A stretch of DNA of 63,495 bases, counting the filler. It is 4 parts of 4 records of this genome, joined end to end, with 100 filler letters (N's around TTAATTAATTAA, not from the genome) between each part and the next. Parts side by side here need not be neighbours in the genome. Positions count along the whole stretch, not along the records: positions 47,388 to 63,495 come from SRR31156797_8833; 3 more parts are not named here. One strand, given 5' to 3'. Every line of letters begins with the position of its first letter. Position 1 is the first letter of the stretch. Positions 61,067-63,495 of the stretch are shown piece by piece. The notes under the pieces were generated by a model that saw only the letters and a list, made by a program, of their open reading frames with translations, searched no databases and was not told the DNA's origin. The position numbers and the translations under genes were made by a program.

Positions 61067-61861
61067 TTGGAAGACGGATCGAATACAGATAATTCGGAAG
61101 ATCTGCCGGAACAGGTCACGGACGATACGATCCTGGACGGCCGGTTGATCATCCGTCAGCCCGTCGACGGCTACCGGCTGGCGATCGATCCGGTGCTTTT
61201 GGCGGCGTCGGTGCCGGCGAAAACTGGCGAAACCGTCCTCGATGTCGGTTGCGGGGTCGGAACGGCGGCGCTGTGCCTGGCTGCACGCATTGCCGAAGTG
61301 CGCGTATTCGGAATCGAGCAACAACACGATCTCGTCACGCTGGCCATTCACAACATCCAGGCCAACGGCATGCAGGGCCGGGCCGATTTCATGCGTGGCG
61401 ATCTGTTGCGGCCGCCGCCGCGACTGGCCGGCGGCAGTTTCGACCACGTCATGGCGAACCCGCCGTTTGCCGTCGCCGGAACCGGCAATGCGTCGCCCTA
61501 TCCGGCGAGGGCTTTGGCGGCAATCGAAGGCGAGGCCGGCCTGGCCGACTGGCTGCGTTTTTGCGGCAATATGGTGCGCCCGAAAGGGACCGTTACCTTT
61601 ATCCACAAGGCCGATCGCCTGGACGAACTGCTGTCCCTGATGCGCGGTGGATTCGGCGATATTGCGGTTTTTCCGCTGTGGCCGGGGCCGCTCGGCGGCG
61701 AACGTGGCGGGCGAGCGGCGAAACGGGTGATCGTCCGTTGCCGCAAGGGCGTTGCAGCGCCGTTTCGCTTGTTGCCCGGCCTTATCCTGCACGGTCAGGA
61801 CGGCTCCTTCACGGCGTTGGCCGATGCCGTTCTGCGCGGCGCCGCGTCGATCGATTTCTGA
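61067..61861 (+). CDS. tRNA1(Val) A37 N6-methyltransferase-like SAM methyltransferase
   Basis: TDD.ILDGRL.IRQP..GYR...DPVLLAA, VLDVGCGVG, MANPPF, AAKRVIV; start approximate. Confidence 0.88.
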   Translation: MEDGSNTDNSEDLPEQVTDDTILDGRLIIRQPVDGYRLAIDPVLLAASVPAKTGETVLDVGCGVGTAALCLAARIAEVRVFGIEQQHDLVTLAIHNIQANGMQGRADFMRGDLLRPPPRLAGGSFDHVMANPPFAVAGTGNASPYPARALAAIEGEAGLADWLRFCGNMVRPKGTVTFIHKADRLDELLSLMRGGFGDIAVFPLWPGPLGGERGGRAAKRVIVRCRKGVAAPFRLLPGLILHGQDGSFTALADAVLRGAASIDF

Positions 61862-61958
61862 TCGCCGGCACCTTGTTTTCGGGTGCATGAGTTGACCGGA
61901 GCATACCGGCGCACCAGAATCATCTGTTCAAGCCCACCGACGATCACAGGAGGCCCCG

Positions 61959-62825
61959 ATGCGGCTGCCGTCGCCAAGAAGTTTCGTTCCCCTGCGCAAA
62001 TTTCGCGATCCGGCACCGGTCGTCGGTGTCCTGCGAATGGCCGGCGTTATCGGACAGACGGGGCCGTTGCGAAAGGGGCTGAGCCTGGCCACTTTGGCAT
62101 CGCCGATCGAACGGGTTTTCAAACTGAAACACCTGAAGGCGGTAGCGCTGGCGATCAATTCGCCGGGCGGATCGCCGGTGCAATCGGCGCTTATCGCCAA
62201 GCGGGTGCGGGCTTTGGCCGAAGAAAACGAAGTCCCGGTTATCGCCTTCGCCGAGGATGTGGCAGCATCGGGCGGCTACTGGCTGGCCTGCGCCGCCGAC
62301 GAGATCTTCGCCGACGAAAGTTCCATCATCGGCTCGATTGGGGTGGTTTCCGGCGGTTTCGGATTTCCTGAGCTTCTGAAACGCATCGGCGTCGAGCGGC
62401 GGCTGCATACATCGGGCGAGCGAAAGGCGATTCTCGATCCGTTTTCCCGCGAGAAGGCCGAGGACATTGAACATCTGCGGGAAATTCAGGGCGATATCCA
62501 CGACAGCTTCAAGGCGTTGGTCCGCGAGCTGCGCGGCAAGAAATTGAAAGCGGACGAAGCCGATCTTTTCAGCGGCGCCTTCTGGACCGGCCGCAAAGCG
62601 CAGGAAATGGGATTGATCGACGGCATCGGGGACCTGCGCACGGTCATGCGGGAACGTTTCGGCGAACGCGTGAAATTACGCCTGATCGGTGCCGAAAAAT
62701 CCTGGATCCGTCGCCGATTCGGCTTTTCGGGGACCCCCTGGGCGGGGCCGGAATCCGCCGACTGGGCCGGCCGCCTGATGGCGGCGGTCGAGGAACGGAT
62801 GATCTGGAACCGCTTCGGGCTTTGA
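61959..62825 (+). CDS. S49-family peptidase (SppA/SohB-like)
   Basis: INSPGGSPVQS, EDVAASGGYWLAC, GSIGV, DPF, FSGAFWTG..A...GLIDG. Confidence 0.93.
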   Translation: MRLPSPRSFVPLRKFRDPAPVVGVLRMAGVIGQTGPLRKGLSLATLASPIERVFKLKHLKAVALAINSPGGSPVQSALIAKRVRALAEENEVPVIAFAEDVAASGGYWLACAADEIFADESSIIGSIGVVSGGFGFPELLKRIGVERRLHTSGERKAILDPFSREKAEDIEHLREIQGDIHDSFKALVRELRGKKLKADEADLFSGAFWTGRKAQEMGLIDGIGDLRTVMRERFGERVKLRLIGAEKSWIRRRFGFSGTPWAGPESADWAGRLMAAVEERMIWNRFGL

Positions 62826-62870
62826 CCGTCCTCCTTGACCCGCCAACGGGTGCCCTCTAATAAGGGCGTC

Positions 62871-63134
62871 ATGTTCGGTCTTAGTATCGGAAAACTGATT
62901 TTTACCGTGGCCGTGGTCGCCGCCGTCTTTTACGGATGGAAGTGGGTTGGCCGCGTCCAGTCGCAGCGGTCCCAGGTAAAGGACCGGGGACCGAAAAAAG
63001 CAGCGGCAAAACCGGCCGAACAGGCCGCCGTTGCGGATGCCGTCGACATGGCCCAATGCCCGGCCTGCGGCGACTATGTTCCGGCCAAGGGCGCGCGCAG
63101 TTGCGGCCGCGACGACTGTCCCTATCCGGGCTGA
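62871..63134 (+). CDS. Small membrane protein with C-terminal Cys4 motif
   Basis: MFGLSIGKLIFTVAVVAAVFYGWK TM; DMAQCPACGDYV...SCGRDDCPY. Confidence 0.75.
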   Translation: MFGLSIGKLIFTVAVVAAVFYGWKWVGRVQSQRSQVKDRGPKKAAAKPAEQAAVADAVDMAQCPACGDYVPAKGARSCGRDDCPYPG

Positions 63135-63265
63135 ATTGACTGCAGACCGGACCGTGGGTCCGGAAAACCGATCGCGGCCTCGGCCCGTATCGATTTTGCC
63201 GCCTTGACCGTCCCCGTGGGCCGGATTATCTTCCGCGCCGCAAAAGAAAGAAAATCCCTGGACTA

Positions 63266-63495
63266 ATGCCCGACACGTCCGACCGAAGAACCTGTTACCA
63301 ATCGCTCATTCTCGCCCTGCAGAATTACTGGGCCGATTATGGCTGTGTGCTGCTGCAGCCTTACGATATGGAAGTCGGCGCCGGCACCTTTCATCCGGCG
63401 ACGACCCTGCGGTCGCTCGGCCCGGAAAACTGGAACGCCGCCTATGTGCAGCCGTCCAGAAGGCCGACCGACGGGCGCTACGGCGAAAACCCGAA
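63266..63495 (+). CDS. glyQ: Glycyl-tRNA synthetase alpha subunit (3' truncated; not in the ORF track)
   Basis: My translation [76 protein letters not shown]. Confidence 0.97.
   Translation, partial: MPDTSDRRTCYQSLILALQNYWADYGCVLLQPYDMEVGAGTFHPATTLRSLGPENWNAAYVQPSRRPTDGRYGENP

Noticed and set aside
47420..63139. Many long overlapping alternative-frame ORFs (e.g. 47449-48201, 50161-50979, 54692-55351, 59620-60696, 60983-61888)
   Set aside because: Expected shadow ORFs in GC-rich DNA, each overlapping a clearly identified gene

Overview
The window is not one genomic locus. It is four contigs joined by identical 100-nt spacers (44 N + TTAATTAATTAA + 44 N) at 8208-8307, 20728-20827 and 47288-47387, and they come from at least three organisms. 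Contig 1 (1-8207, mid GC, Desulfovibrionales-like) encodes a stand-alone cereblon/CULT protein, pyk, a lipidated Skp/OmpH, a Na/Pi cotransporter and an ErcA-like Fe-ADH coupled to a PAS histidine kinase. Contigs 2 and 3 (8308-20727 and 20828-47287, AT-rich, Bacteroidota, Marinifilaceae-like, with TAnnTTTG promoters) encode ruvX, def, comEC, trkA-trkH-trkH, a YciO-like protein, transaldolase, a partial tRNA, a TonB-type receptor, aqpZ, a DEAD-box helicase, an ECF sigma/membrane protein/OMP/S41 protease cluster, alpha-2-macroglobulin-pbpC, glutaminase, beta-carbonic anhydrase, rluF and a giant repeat surface protein. Contig 4 (47388-63495, GC-rich, Alphaproteobacteria, Rhodospirillales-like) encodes smc, dsbA, DUF721, mutY, apt, a TAXI-TRAP-Usp operon, cytochrome c2, DUF2336, an orphan DctP, tRNA-Pro(CGG), ispB, a DUF2007-methyltransferase-S49 cluster and partial glyQ. 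I found no CRISPR array, integrase, transposase or phage genes. Most content is housekeeping, and no single undescribed system is proven. The best leads are the bacterial cereblon, the ErcA-like ADH/kinase pair, a ~270-nt structured leader upstream of the TAXI operon, the ECF-OMP-S41 module, a membrane-anchored orphan DctP, a degenerate GIY-YIG-like small protein and the super-repeat surface protein. All family calls and taxonomy come from motif recognition by eye; no searches were run.
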